This document shows positions 1 to 8,544 of a DNA stretch of 25,300 bases, piece by piece. Positions within the stretch are counted from its first letter, which is position 1. The number at the start of each line of letters is the position of its first letter. Where the stretch lies: positions 1 through 25,300 of IMG/VR virus record IMGVR_UViG_3300028812_000228. One strand, given 5' to 3'. Source of the stretch: a virus (lineage: Duplodnaviria > Caudoviricetes). The notes beneath the pieces were generated by a model, which saw nothing but the letters and a program-made list of their open reading frames with translations, did no database searches and had not been told where the DNA came from. The position numbers were made by a program, and so were the translations under genes.

Positions 1-57
1 GCATAGGGCGTCAGGCAACTCCTAAGTTTGCGATCTTGGGCCATGGGGGTGCCGCTG

Positions 58-396
58 ATGGCATCCAAGCAGCGCTATGCGGAGAACATCGCGAATGCCG
101 TGGCCATTCTGGACGCGCTCAAACTGGGTCGGGGTTGCGTCGACTGCGGTTATCGCCGGAGCCCGGCCGCACTGCACTTCGACCACATTGATCCATCCAC
201 GAAGCGATCGGACCTCGGTTGGTACGAGGACAGGTCGAAATTGCAGAACGCCACGCGGCTGCGGCGGTATCTAGATCACGTTGAGCGGTACTGCGTCGTT
301 CGGTGTGCCAACTGTCATGCCGAGCGGGGTGTGCGTGAGCGGCACTGGCTAATTCGGCGGGGCAGATTGCCCGATCGAGACCCGACCCTCTTCTGA
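58..396 (+). CDS. HNH endonuclease (terminase-adjacent)
   Basis: CVDC...LHFDH...CANCH zinc/HNH motifs, directly upstream of terS. ATG at 58 chosen because GGGGGT precedes it (the ORF track starts at TTG 28). Confidence 0.85.
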   Translation: MASKQRYAENIANAVAILDALKLGRGCVDCGYRRSPAALHFDHIDPSTKRSDLGWYEDRSKLQNATRLRRYLDHVERYCVVRCANCHAERGVRERHWLIRRGRLPDRDPTLF

Positions 397-406
397 GGAG
401 GTAGCG

Positions 407-820
407 GTGGGCACTCGCGGCCCCGTGCCAAAGCGCACCTCTCAGAGGCTCGGTCACGTCACGAAGGCGGAGAAGGCGGCAGCCACACCGGTCAAGGTGG
501 TTGGCGTCGTCGAGGTCCCGCCGGCGGACGAATCCTGGCATGATCTCGCCAAGGATTGGTACCAGTCACTGTCCGATTCGGCCCAGGCGCAGCTGATGGA
601 GCCCTCCGACTGGGCTGCGGCGCGCTTGGTCGCGGCTGAGATGACCCGGATGCTGGCTGAGCCGCCGAATGCGGCACTGCTGGGCAAGATCTGGTCGGCG
701 ATGGGCGAGCTGATGACGACCGAGGGTGCCCGCCGGCGGCTGAAGGTCGAGGTGGAGCGCCGACGGCTCGCCGCGGCGCCCGCGCCGGTGGCGAAGATGG
801 ATGACTACCGCGATCTCTGA
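407..820 (+). CDS. terS: Terminase small subunit
   Basis: GAGGAGG SD before GTG. N-terminus MGTRGPVPKR and internal WYQSL..S...EPSDW resemble actinophage small terminases. Overlaps terL. Confidence 0.85.
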   Translation: MGTRGPVPKRTSQRLGHVTKAEKAAATPVKVVGVVEVPPADESWHDLAKDWYQSLSDSAQAQLMEPSDWAAARLVAAEMTRMLAEPPNAALLGKIWSAMGELMTTEGARRRLKVEVERRRLAAAPAPVAKMDDYRDL

Positions 821-2582
821 CGCCGAGATTCTTCCCGGCTACTTCCTTGATCCCTGGTTCGGTACGCAGGCTTGGTGCACGCTGCCCTGGCCCGCCGAGC
901 AGGCGGCGAAGAACGAGCTCATCGCCGCGTCGATCGGGCCGCAGGTTATCGACTGGGCCGAGGGCCGCCGTGAGGACGAGGACGGCCCAGGGCTGATCCA
1001 CTACCTGACCGGCGAGCCGTGGCGGTTCACGCCCGGGCAGAAGCGGTTCCTGATCCTCTGGTACGCGTTCGACCCGCTCACGGGCCGGTGGGTGTACCGG
1101 TCGGGGCTGAAGCGGGGCGCGAAGGGCACCGGTAAGGACCCGTTCGCCGGCGCCTGGCTCGACGGGGAGCTGATCGGCCCGACGCACCTCGTGCACCGTG
1201 ACGGACGCTGGGTGGGCGAGCGCCACCGGCTGCCGTTGGTGCAGGTGGCCGCGAACTCGGAGGCTCAGGCCAAGGATGTGCTGCGCGTGGCGAATGCGCT
1301 GTTGCCGCGGCGCACGCGGGAGTACTTCGGCATCGACTGCGGCGAGACCCGCACGATTGTCGACGGCGGCGGCCGGCACGAGATCCTCACCGCGTCGGAG
1401 AAGACGTCCGAGGGCGACCCGGCGACGGCGATCGCACTGAACGAGTCGCATCACATGACTGAGTCGTCCGGCGGGCACCGTACGGCCGAGGTGGCGCGGC
1501 GCAACGTCGGCAAGAGCCCACGCGAACTGCAGGCCAGGCTGTGCGAGTTCACCAACGCCCACACGCCCGGGTCCGATTCGGTCGCTGAGCGGACGTATGA
1601 GGCGTGGCAGGCGCAGGTCTCCGGCCGGACCCGGCGGGTCGACATCCTGTACGACTCGATCGAGGCCCCACCGCAGCTGGACATCTACACCGAGGACGGC
1701 CTGGCGGAGTTCCTCCGCGCCGCCTACGCGGATGCGCCGTGGGCCGACCTGGAGCGGCTGGCCGGCGAGGTGCTCGACCCGCGCACGAGTGTGGCGGACA
1801 CGATCCGGTTCTACGGCAACGGCCTCGCCGCCCGAGAGGACGCCTGGGTCGACCCGCGACGGTTCGACGACCTCTCCCGGCCCGACCTGATCGTGACCGA
1901 CAACGACCCGATCGCCATGTTCCTGGACTGCTCCAAGTCGACTGACGCGACCGGGCTGGTCGGATGTCGGCTGGACGACGGGCATGTGTTCACGCTCGGC
2001 ATGTGGCAGCGGCCCCGCGGCGACCGCGGCAAAGGTTGGCTGGCGCCACGTAACGAGGTCGACGCTTCGGTCCGTTTGGCGTTCGACCGGTACCGGGTGA
2101 CGTGGTTCGGCGTGGATCCCTCGCCGGCGCGGGACGACTCGGACGAGTCGCTGTACTGGATGAACCTCGTCAACCAGTGGCACCGCGACTTCCGCGACAC
2201 CGTCCTCGTCTGGGCGACGCCGGGTGTACAGACCGGCAACGCGGTGCTGTTCGACATGCGGCTCTCGTCGCGTGGCGGCAACGACCGCAACCGGTTCTTC
2301 ACCGAGGCGGCCGAGCAGACCGCCAAGGACATCGACGAGGACGGAGCGTTGTCGCACGACGGCGACGCTGCCCTGCGACTGCACGTCCACAACGCGCGGG
2401 CGCGGAAGAACCAGTGGGGCACGAGCCTCGGCAAGGTGACCCGCGACTCTGACAAGCTCGTCGACCTCGCGGTGTGCATGGTCGGCGCCCGCATGGGGCG
2501 ACGGATCGTACTGAACAGCGGCGCTCTCGAGGCCGCAACGAAACCAACAGGAAAACGTCCGGGTCTAGTCGTGGGGTGGTGA
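801..2582 (+). CDS. terL: Terminase large subunit
   Basis: 593 aa. Walker A-like GAKGTGKD, Walker B-like LNESH, RNase H-like nuclease FLDCSKSTDAT and C-terminal KLVDLAV. Lies before the portal. Confidence 0.95.
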   Translation: MTTAISDAEILPGYFLDPWFGTQAWCTLPWPAEQAAKNELIAASIGPQVIDWAEGRREDEDGPGLIHYLTGEPWRFTPGQKRFLILWYAFDPLTGRWVYRSGLKRGAKGTGKDPFAGAWLDGELIGPTHLVHRDGRWVGERHRLPLVQVAANSEAQAKDVLRVANALLPRRTREYFGIDCGETRTIVDGGGRHEILTASEKTSEGDPATAIALNESHHMTESSGGHRTAEVARRNVGKSPRELQARLCEFTNAHTPGSDSVAERTYEAWQAQVSGRTRRVDILYDSIEAPPQLDIYTEDGLAEFLRAAYADAPWADLERLAGEVLDPRTSVADTIRFYGNGLAAREDAWVDPRRFDDLSRPDLIVTDNDPIAMFLDCSKSTDATGLVGCRLDDGHVFTLGMWQRPRGDRGKGWLAPRNEVDASVRLAFDRYRVTWFGVDPSPARDDSDESLYWMNLVNQWHRDFRDTVLVWATPGVQTGNAVLFDMRLSSRGGNDRNRFFTEAAEQTAKDIDEDGALSHDGDAALRLHVHNARARKNQWGTSLGKVTRDSDKLVDLAVCMVGARMGRRIVLNSGALEAATKPTGKRPGLVVGW

Positions 2583-2586
2583 CGCG

Positions 2587-4044
2587 ATGCCCCTCTCAGC
2601 TGCCCAGATCAGGGAGGCGCTCGGGGCACTGCGTGAGGCTCGCGCCAGCGAGCAGCCGCGGCTGAAGCGTATCGACGCCGTGCTAGCGGACAGCCTCTAC
2701 GGCCAGGCCGCCGGCGTGTATGTGCCGCGGCGCGCAACCCGCGAGTACCGGATGCTCGTCGAGCAGTCCCGGTTTAACGTGCTCGACCTCGTGGTCACGT
2801 CGGTGGCACAGAACCTGTTCGCCGACGGCTTTCGCCCTACCGGCCCGAATGGCCGGGCGCCGTCAGCCGAAAACGCGAAGATCTGGAATGCGGTGTGGCA
2901 GCCAAACAGGATGGATGCCCGCCAGTCGGCGCTGTACCGGTCTGCGATCGCCCACGGCGTGTCGTACGCCCTCGTACTGCCGGGTGACCCGGTCCCTGTG
3001 ATCACGCCGATGTCGGCGTGCCGGATGACCGCGTTGTACGTGGATCCGACAAACGACGAGTGGCCCGAGTTGGCCATGGAAGTCATGCACGAGCGTCGCT
3101 ACGGCCAAGAGAAGACGATTCTGGCCAGGATCTTTGACGACGAGGCGATCTATACGGTCAAAGCGAGCGACTCCCCCGACGTTGAGCCGCAGATCGTATC
3201 GGTCGAAGAGCATGACCTAACCGTGGTTCCGGTGGTGCGGTTCCGTGACCGCTACGACCTAGGTGTGCCGCGCGGCAAGGTCGAGCCCCTGATGTGGCTG
3301 CAGCAGCAGGTCAACCAGATCACCTTCAGCCTTGCTATGGCTCTGCAGTACGCGGCGTTTCGCCAGCGATACGTGACGGGCATGGAGACCCGGGTCGACG
3401 CGAACAACAACCCGCTGCCGCCGCTGTTCAACGTCGCCGTCGATCAGATCCTCGCCGGCACGTCGCCGGATATGAAGTTTGGCGAGTTCTCCCAGACCGA
3501 GGTCGGCGGCTACCTCGAGTCGCGGGACAAGGTACTGCTGCACATGGCGAGCGTGGCGCAGGTCCCACCACAGAGCATGGTGATCGGGTCGGGCATCTCC
3601 AACGTCCCAGCTGAGGCGCTCGAGCTGCTGGCAGCCGGGCACAAGCAGGACATCGCCGAGCACAAGACGAGCTTCGGTGAATCGATCGAGCAGATGATGC
3701 GCTTGTGCGGCAAGGCGATGGAAGACGAGAAAACCTGGGAGGACATGTCCGCTCAGGTGGTGTGGCGGGATACGAGCCTGCACTCGCCTGGCGCCATCGT
3801 CGACGCCCTTGGTAAGGGCGCGCAGATGCTGAACATTCCCCCGCAGGTCCTGTGGGAAGAGTGGCCCGACATGACCGACCAGAAGCTGGCCCGCTGGAAG
3901 GCGGCGGCCGAGGAGATGGACGGCATGCGCGACGCTGCCACCACCCCGCCACCGGAGCCCGAGGACCTGATCGAGGGGGCGCGTGGTGACGTCTCCGCTG
4001 GCTCAGCCCGGGCCGCCCGCACGCCGCAGCCCGCCCGCACGTAG
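2587..4044 (+). CDS. Portal protein (SPP1 gp6-like)
   Basis: 485 aa directly after terL. Motifs WQPNRMDARQ, VVPVVRF, QYAAFRQRYVTG, KFGEF and VVWRD are typical of actinophage portals. Confidence 0.92.
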   Translation: MPLSAAQIREALGALREARASEQPRLKRIDAVLADSLYGQAAGVYVPRRATREYRMLVEQSRFNVLDLVVTSVAQNLFADGFRPTGPNGRAPSAENAKIWNAVWQPNRMDARQSALYRSAIAHGVSYALVLPGDPVPVITPMSACRMTALYVDPTNDEWPELAMEVMHERRYGQEKTILARIFDDEAIYTVKASDSPDVEPQIVSVEEHDLTVVPVVRFRDRYDLGVPRGKVEPLMWLQQQVNQITFSLAMALQYAAFRQRYVTGMETRVDANNNPLPPLFNVAVDQILAGTSPDMKFGEFSQTEVGGYLESRDKVLLHMASVAQVPPQSMVIGSGISNVPAEALELLAAGHKQDIAEHKTSFGESIEQMMRLCGKAMEDEKTWEDMSAQVVWRDTSLHSPGAIVDALGKGAQMLNIPPQVLWEEWPDMTDQKLARWKAAAEEMDGMRDAATTPPPEPEDLIEGARGDVSAGSARAARTPQPART

Positions 4045-6934
4045 GTCACCGCCGGCACGCCGGTCGTGGCCCGCCGAGGGTGGGCCAGGCGGTACCGCGG
4101 ACCGGCTGTCGCGCCAGCACCAGAAGAACGTCGCCACCGTTGCCGGCGGTGTCGTGTCGATCGTCGCTTCGGCTGCGCTCGGCGCTGATCCGGCCGCGAT
4201 CGCAACCTGGTACTGGGGTGTTGTCGACGGCCTGATCTCCCGGATCCAAGCCGGCTACGCCATCAACCGCAACAGCGCCATGCAGTACCTGACCCGCCAT
4301 GGCGCCCTGCACGGCGCACAGGTGCAGCCCGTGCCCGGGTCGCTGGATGTGGCGCGGCTGCGCAAGCGGCTGGAGATCACCGGCCCGATCGGTTTCAAGT
4401 CCGCCATCGCCGGCGGGCAGGACACCGACGAGGCGCTGCGGCACATGGCGACGAATATGTCCGGTGTCGCCGACGAGGCGGTACGTAACGGCGACCGCGA
4501 CGTCATCACCCGCACTGCCACGTCAGGCCGTGGTGTGGTCGGTTGGCGCCGGCGGCTGTCCGGCCGGGCGTGCGGATTCTGCTCCATGCTCGCCTCTCGC
4601 GGTGCGGTGTATGTGAACCGTGCGTCGGCGACGGTGGCGAAGGACGGGATGGCCTTCCACCCGCACTGCCACTGCTGGGCTGAGCCGCTCTACCGGGAGC
4701 AGCGCGAGCCCGCCGAGGTGCAGCGGCTGCAGGCGCAGTGGCGGCGGATCACCGCCGGCCACAGCGGCAAGGACGCGCAGCGGGCTTGGATGCGGCACTG
4801 GGACCGCGCGACACCGCGAGCACGGCAGAGCATGGGCCTCCCTGCCCGGCCGGGCGGAACTGCCAGAAGCCCGGGTGCGCAGGCGCAGGTGCGGCCGATC
4901 CTGCTCGAGGCGAAGTCGCCCGAGGCCGTGTCGAGGGTGCTGGCGGCCGAGTATCGCCGCATCACCGGCCACGACGTTCGCGTGGACCTGCGCGGTTCGG
5001 TCGACACTGCTCGCGAGCACGCCGAGGGTGTGCTGCGGGTCATCGATCGGTACCCGGATATCCAGCTGGACGAGATCGCCACCGGCCGGCTGCTCATGTC
5101 GTACGCCGAGCTCGACGGCCGCCGGCTGATCTTCTCCGAGCGGTACTCCTCTGTGGAGCGCCGCCAGCGGTACCTATCCGAACTGGCCGGCGACTCCGAC
5201 GCGCACTGGCATCCGTTCGACAACCCGGCTGGCATGGCCGTGCACGAGATGGGCCACGCCCTGGACGTGCTGCGGTTGCAGCGCTCCGCCCGGGCACAGA
5301 TCGACGAGCTGGTGCAGTCGCATGGTGGCGTCGCGGGCGCGAAGCGCATCTCCGGTTACGCCGAGACGAACACCGATGAGTTCATCGCCGAAGCGTTCGC
5401 CGACGCGATGATGAACGGCTCCCGCGCCACTCCGCTGTCGCGGGCTGTGCTGGACGTGCTGGACGCCGAGTACGCCCGAGCGGTACCGGGATCCGGTGCT
5501 GGTGGGGTGCTGCGCGCGGTGCCGTCGCCGGAAATCCAACTTTTCCCGAGCCGCTGGGGTAAGGGCACTGTCGTCGTCGCGAGGTACGCCGACGGGACTA
5601 CGGCGCGGATCGCCGACGACATTCCGGATGCGGCGGTTCGGCGGCTCCAGGCTGATCTCGACGCGGCGCCGAACCGGGCCGCGAGGGTCAAGGAGATCCG
5701 GGCCGAGTTTGAGGCGTTCGCAGCGCGGCGGTTTGCCCGCAGCGAGGCGATCGACCGTTTGGCTCGGGAGAACGACATCCCGAACTGGGCGGCGCTGACC
5801 GGGGCGCAGCGGGAGTCGGCGCTGAAGCGTCGCGGGATCGCCGTGCCGGAACCGATTCCGGCACCGTTCACAGTCGCTCCCCGGAAGGCCGCGAAGAAGG
5901 CCGCTGCTCCGGTCGCCGATCGCTACCCGCTCGCTCCCGGCCACCGTGGCGCGACAGCGGCAGCCCGTCAGCGCCAGCGTGAAGAGGTGCTGACGCTCAC
6001 CCGAGACGCGCCTGGCGGCGCACGGAACTGGCAGGGCACTTCACGCGAGCATGCCGAGGCGCTGGAGAGTCTGGGTTACCTCCAGCGCACATCGAGCGGC
6101 ACTTTCACGCTGACAGACAGGGGCCGGGGCTACTTCGCCCAAACGCCGGCCGCACCCCCCGCTACCCCCGTTCCGTCCACTGTGGCTCGTGCCCGGATCA
6201 CCCGGGCGACGAAGTCCCGCACCGAGAAGGCAGCCGGCTACCCGGAACGCGCCCCGGTGCCGACGGCGAAAGCTCCGTGGACGGCAAGGTATCCGGACTA
6301 CGACCCGCCGGACTACACCGCGCGGGTGGTGCTCGACCAGGACCGCACCATCCGCCCCGGCGGCTGGGCCGATCCGCCCGACCCGCGTGCCGTGGGTAGG
6401 GAGTTCACGTCCTTTGAGGGCCCCGTGGTGCTCGACGAGCTGGGCCGGCCGATGAACCCGTTCGGCCGTACCGGCATCCAGGGCCGGGGGCTGTTGGGGA
6501 AGTGGGGCCAGAACCCGGCCGCCGATCCGATCATCACCCGCTACAACCCGGACACCGGGAAGTTGGAGATGGCCGTCATCCGCCGTGGCGACACGGACGA
6601 GTGGGCCATCCCCGGCGGCATGGTCGACGACGGCGAGCAGGCACTCTCGGCGGCGGCGCGGGAGTTCCTGGAGGAGACCGGCGCCGACCTGGACATGTCC
6701 GGTGCCCGGCAGGTGTACCGGGGCTACGTCGACGACCCGCGCAACACGGACAACGCGTGGATGGAAACGACGGTCATGCACCGTCACCTGTCGCCGGAAG
6801 AAGCGGCGCGGGTCCGGTTCGGCGACGCCGGGTGTCGACGGGTGAGATCCGCGCGGTGCGGTGGGAGCCGGTCACGCCCGAGTTCGTGGGCCGTATGTAC
6901 GCGTCGCACGGGACGTTCGTGCGTGAGGCGTTGA
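3983..6934 (+). CDS. MuF-like minor head protein fused to a HEXXH metallopeptidase and a NUDT9-like Nudix ADP-ribose pyrophosphatase (5' part of a frameshifted ~1520-aa gene)
   Basis: [20 protein letters not shown]...HPHCHC (MuF-type, 4544-4675). HEMGH (5243-5257) plus [17 protein letters not shown]. Nudix box [23 protein letters not shown] (6614-6682). GAGGGG SD before GTG 3983/3986. Codons after ~6832 are out of frame with the domain. Confidence 0.88.
   Translation: [983 protein letters not shown]
4013..4066 (+). repeat. 3 x 18-bp degenerate tandem repeat encoding PPARRS
   Basis: ccgcccgcacgccgcagc / ccgcccgcacgtaggtca / ccgccggcacgccggtcg. All differences are synonymous in the MuF frame. 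Confidence 0.8.
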
Positions 6935-8544
6935 AGGGCATGCCCCGCCGGCAGGCTGTTGCACCGGTGAAGGCAGCGAAGGCCGCTCCCGCCAAGAAGG
7001 CAGTGCCACGGAAAGCAGCAGCGGCATCGGATGTGCGGTCGCCGTTGCGCGCCTCGGATGAGACGGCGCTGGAGCGGGCGGCACCCGCGTCGTATGTCTC
7101 CCGCCGGACTCCCTCTATCGACATCAGCGACGAGGAGCGAGCCGCGCTTCGTCAGTACCGAAGCGTTAGCTCTGCGCCGGAGGAGATCCAAGCAGCCCTC
7201 CGTGCCGGCGACCTCCCTGAGGAGTACAGGGAGACGGTCGCCGCGATTGACGCCGTGATGGCCCGGTCCAGGCTCACCGAGGGTGTCGTCGCGGATCGCG
7301 GAATCTTCGACTTGGACCAGATTTTCCCCGGCCGATTCGGAGACGACCTCGTCGGTGCCGAGTGGATCGATCGTGGCTACCTGTCGACGACCATCAGTGA
7401 GTCCGAGGCCGCCAGCTTCGCGTTCGGCGGCCCGCGCCAAGCGGTTCTCCGTATACATGCACCGGCCGGAACGCCGGGCGTCCAACTGTCCAGTTCCAAG
7501 TACGAGGCTGAACTGCTGCTCGGCCGTGGCCTGCGGTTGCGAGTCATCGGTGATCGCGGACTGAACGCAAATGGCGCCCGCCTTCTCGACGTAGAGATCA
7601 TCCCCACCTCTCCCACCAAGGCCACCAAGGCAGCGAAGGCCGCTCCCGCCAAGAAGGCCACACCTCGCAAGGCTGCTACTCCTCCCGCACCTCAGCGCAT
7701 GTCTCTGGCTGCGCTGAGGACGGAACTGGACCGTGCCGGCGTCACCGTCCCACCCCGGACACCGAAAGCCACACTGGTGGACGAGGTGACCGCGCTACGT
7801 GGTGGGGCGACACCAGCACAGGTGACAGCGAGGCTGAACCCGCCAGAGCCGATGCGGATCGACCGGACACTCAGCCCAGCCGAAGTCCTGGAACAGGAAC
7901 GCCGAGCCCGCACGACCGCGCTCGCCGCACCGCCGGTGAAGCTGCAGGACCTCCCGCAGCGAGGCGCTGGCGGGGCGGCGCTGCGGTACTACCAGCGCCA
8001 CGGCGACGCGCACATGCTCGGCCTCATGCGCCGAGGCCGCGTCGGCGCCCCACCCGGCGCTCGCGGTGCACTGCCGAGCGTCGAAGAGGTGCAGGCTTCG
8101 ATCGACCAGATCCGCCGGCTCATGGACCAGTCGGTCCTGACCGAGGGCATCACGGTGTTCCGCGGCATGGCGTCCGTGTCCCGCCTCGGCCGTGGGGCGA
8201 GCGAGCCGGGCAGCCTCGTCGGCAGGACGTTCCGCGACAAGGGGTTCGTCTCCACCTCCGCTGATCGGCGCATCGCCATGGACTTCATGTCCGGCGAAGG
8301 CATGGCCAGCGACGGTGTGCTGATGGAGGTCCGCGTCCCAGCCGGCACGCGGGCCATCCAGGTCAGCAGCGACACCTTCACTGGCAAGGCACCCACAGCC
8401 ACGTCGGAGCGGGAGATCCTGCTACAGGACGGGCTGCGGTTCCGTGTCGTCTCCGACGAGATGGTCACCGACGTCTACCCTTGGCGCGGCGAAGCCACCA
8501 CAGGCGAGCCGTACCGCCACATCGTGGTCGAGGTGATCCCATGA
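6832..8544 (+). CDS. Nudix C-terminus plus two VIP2/C2-like (R-S-E) mono-ADP-ribosyltransferase domains (3' part of the frameshifted MuF fusion)
   Basis: ART1 (~7130-7605): ADRGI, GYLSTT, YEAELLL. ART2 (~7975-8541): VFRGM, GFVSTS, SEREILL. The first residues RAVRW...MYASHGTFV complete the NUDT9-like domain. The ORF-track start at 6502 is a shadow of the upstream frame. Confidence 0.85.
   Translation: MSTGEIRAVRWEPVTPEFVGRMYASHGTFVREALKGMPRRQAVAPVKAAKAAPAKKAVPRKAAAASDVRSPLRASDETALERAAPASYVSRRTPSIDISDEERAALRQYRSVSSAPEEIQAALRAGDLPEEYRETVAAIDAVMARSRLTEGVVADRGIFDLDQIFPGRFGDDLVGAEWIDRGYLSTTISESEAASFAFGGPRQAVLRIHAPAGTPGVQLSSSKYEAELLLGRGLRLRVIGDRGLNANGARLLDVEIIPTSPTKATKAAKAAPAKKATPRKAATPPAPQRMSLAALRTELDRAGVTVPPRTPKATLVDEVTALRGGATPAQVTARLNPPEPMRIDRTLSPAEVLEQERRARTTALAAPPVKLQDLPQRGAGGAALRYYQRHGDAHMLGLMRRGRVGAPPGARGALPSVEEVQASIDQIRRLMDQSVLTEGITVFRGMASVSRLGRGASEPGSLVGRTFRDKGFVSTSADRRIAMDFMSGEGMASDGVLMEVRVPAGTRAIQVSSDTFTGKAPTATSEREILLQDGLRFRVVSDEMVTDVYPWRGEATTGEPYRHIVVEVIP
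6970..7658 (+). repeat. Perfect 32-bp direct repeat (6970-7001 and 7627-7658) flanking ART1
   Basis: aaggcagcgaaggccgctcccgccaagaaggc occurs twice, 657 bp (219 codons) apart and in frame, encoding KAAKAAPAKKA. Confidence 0.92.

Noticed and set aside
1-27. Possible cos/genome end at the window start (GCAT upstream of HNH-terS)
   Set aside because: The position is suggestive, but four bases at a window edge are not evidence. Read-end mapping would be needed.
492-2390. 632-aa minus-strand ORF opposite the terminase, and other long antisense ORFs (e.g. 19464-20567, 19528-20676, 10656-11621)
   Set aside because: Shadow ORFs expected opposite high-GC3 genes. They have no motifs and fully overlap well-supported + strand genes.
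6502-6831. N-terminal 110 codons of the 680-aa ORF
   Set aside because: Arg/Gly/His-rich off-frame translation of the Nudix coding region. Real coding in this frame starts near 6832.
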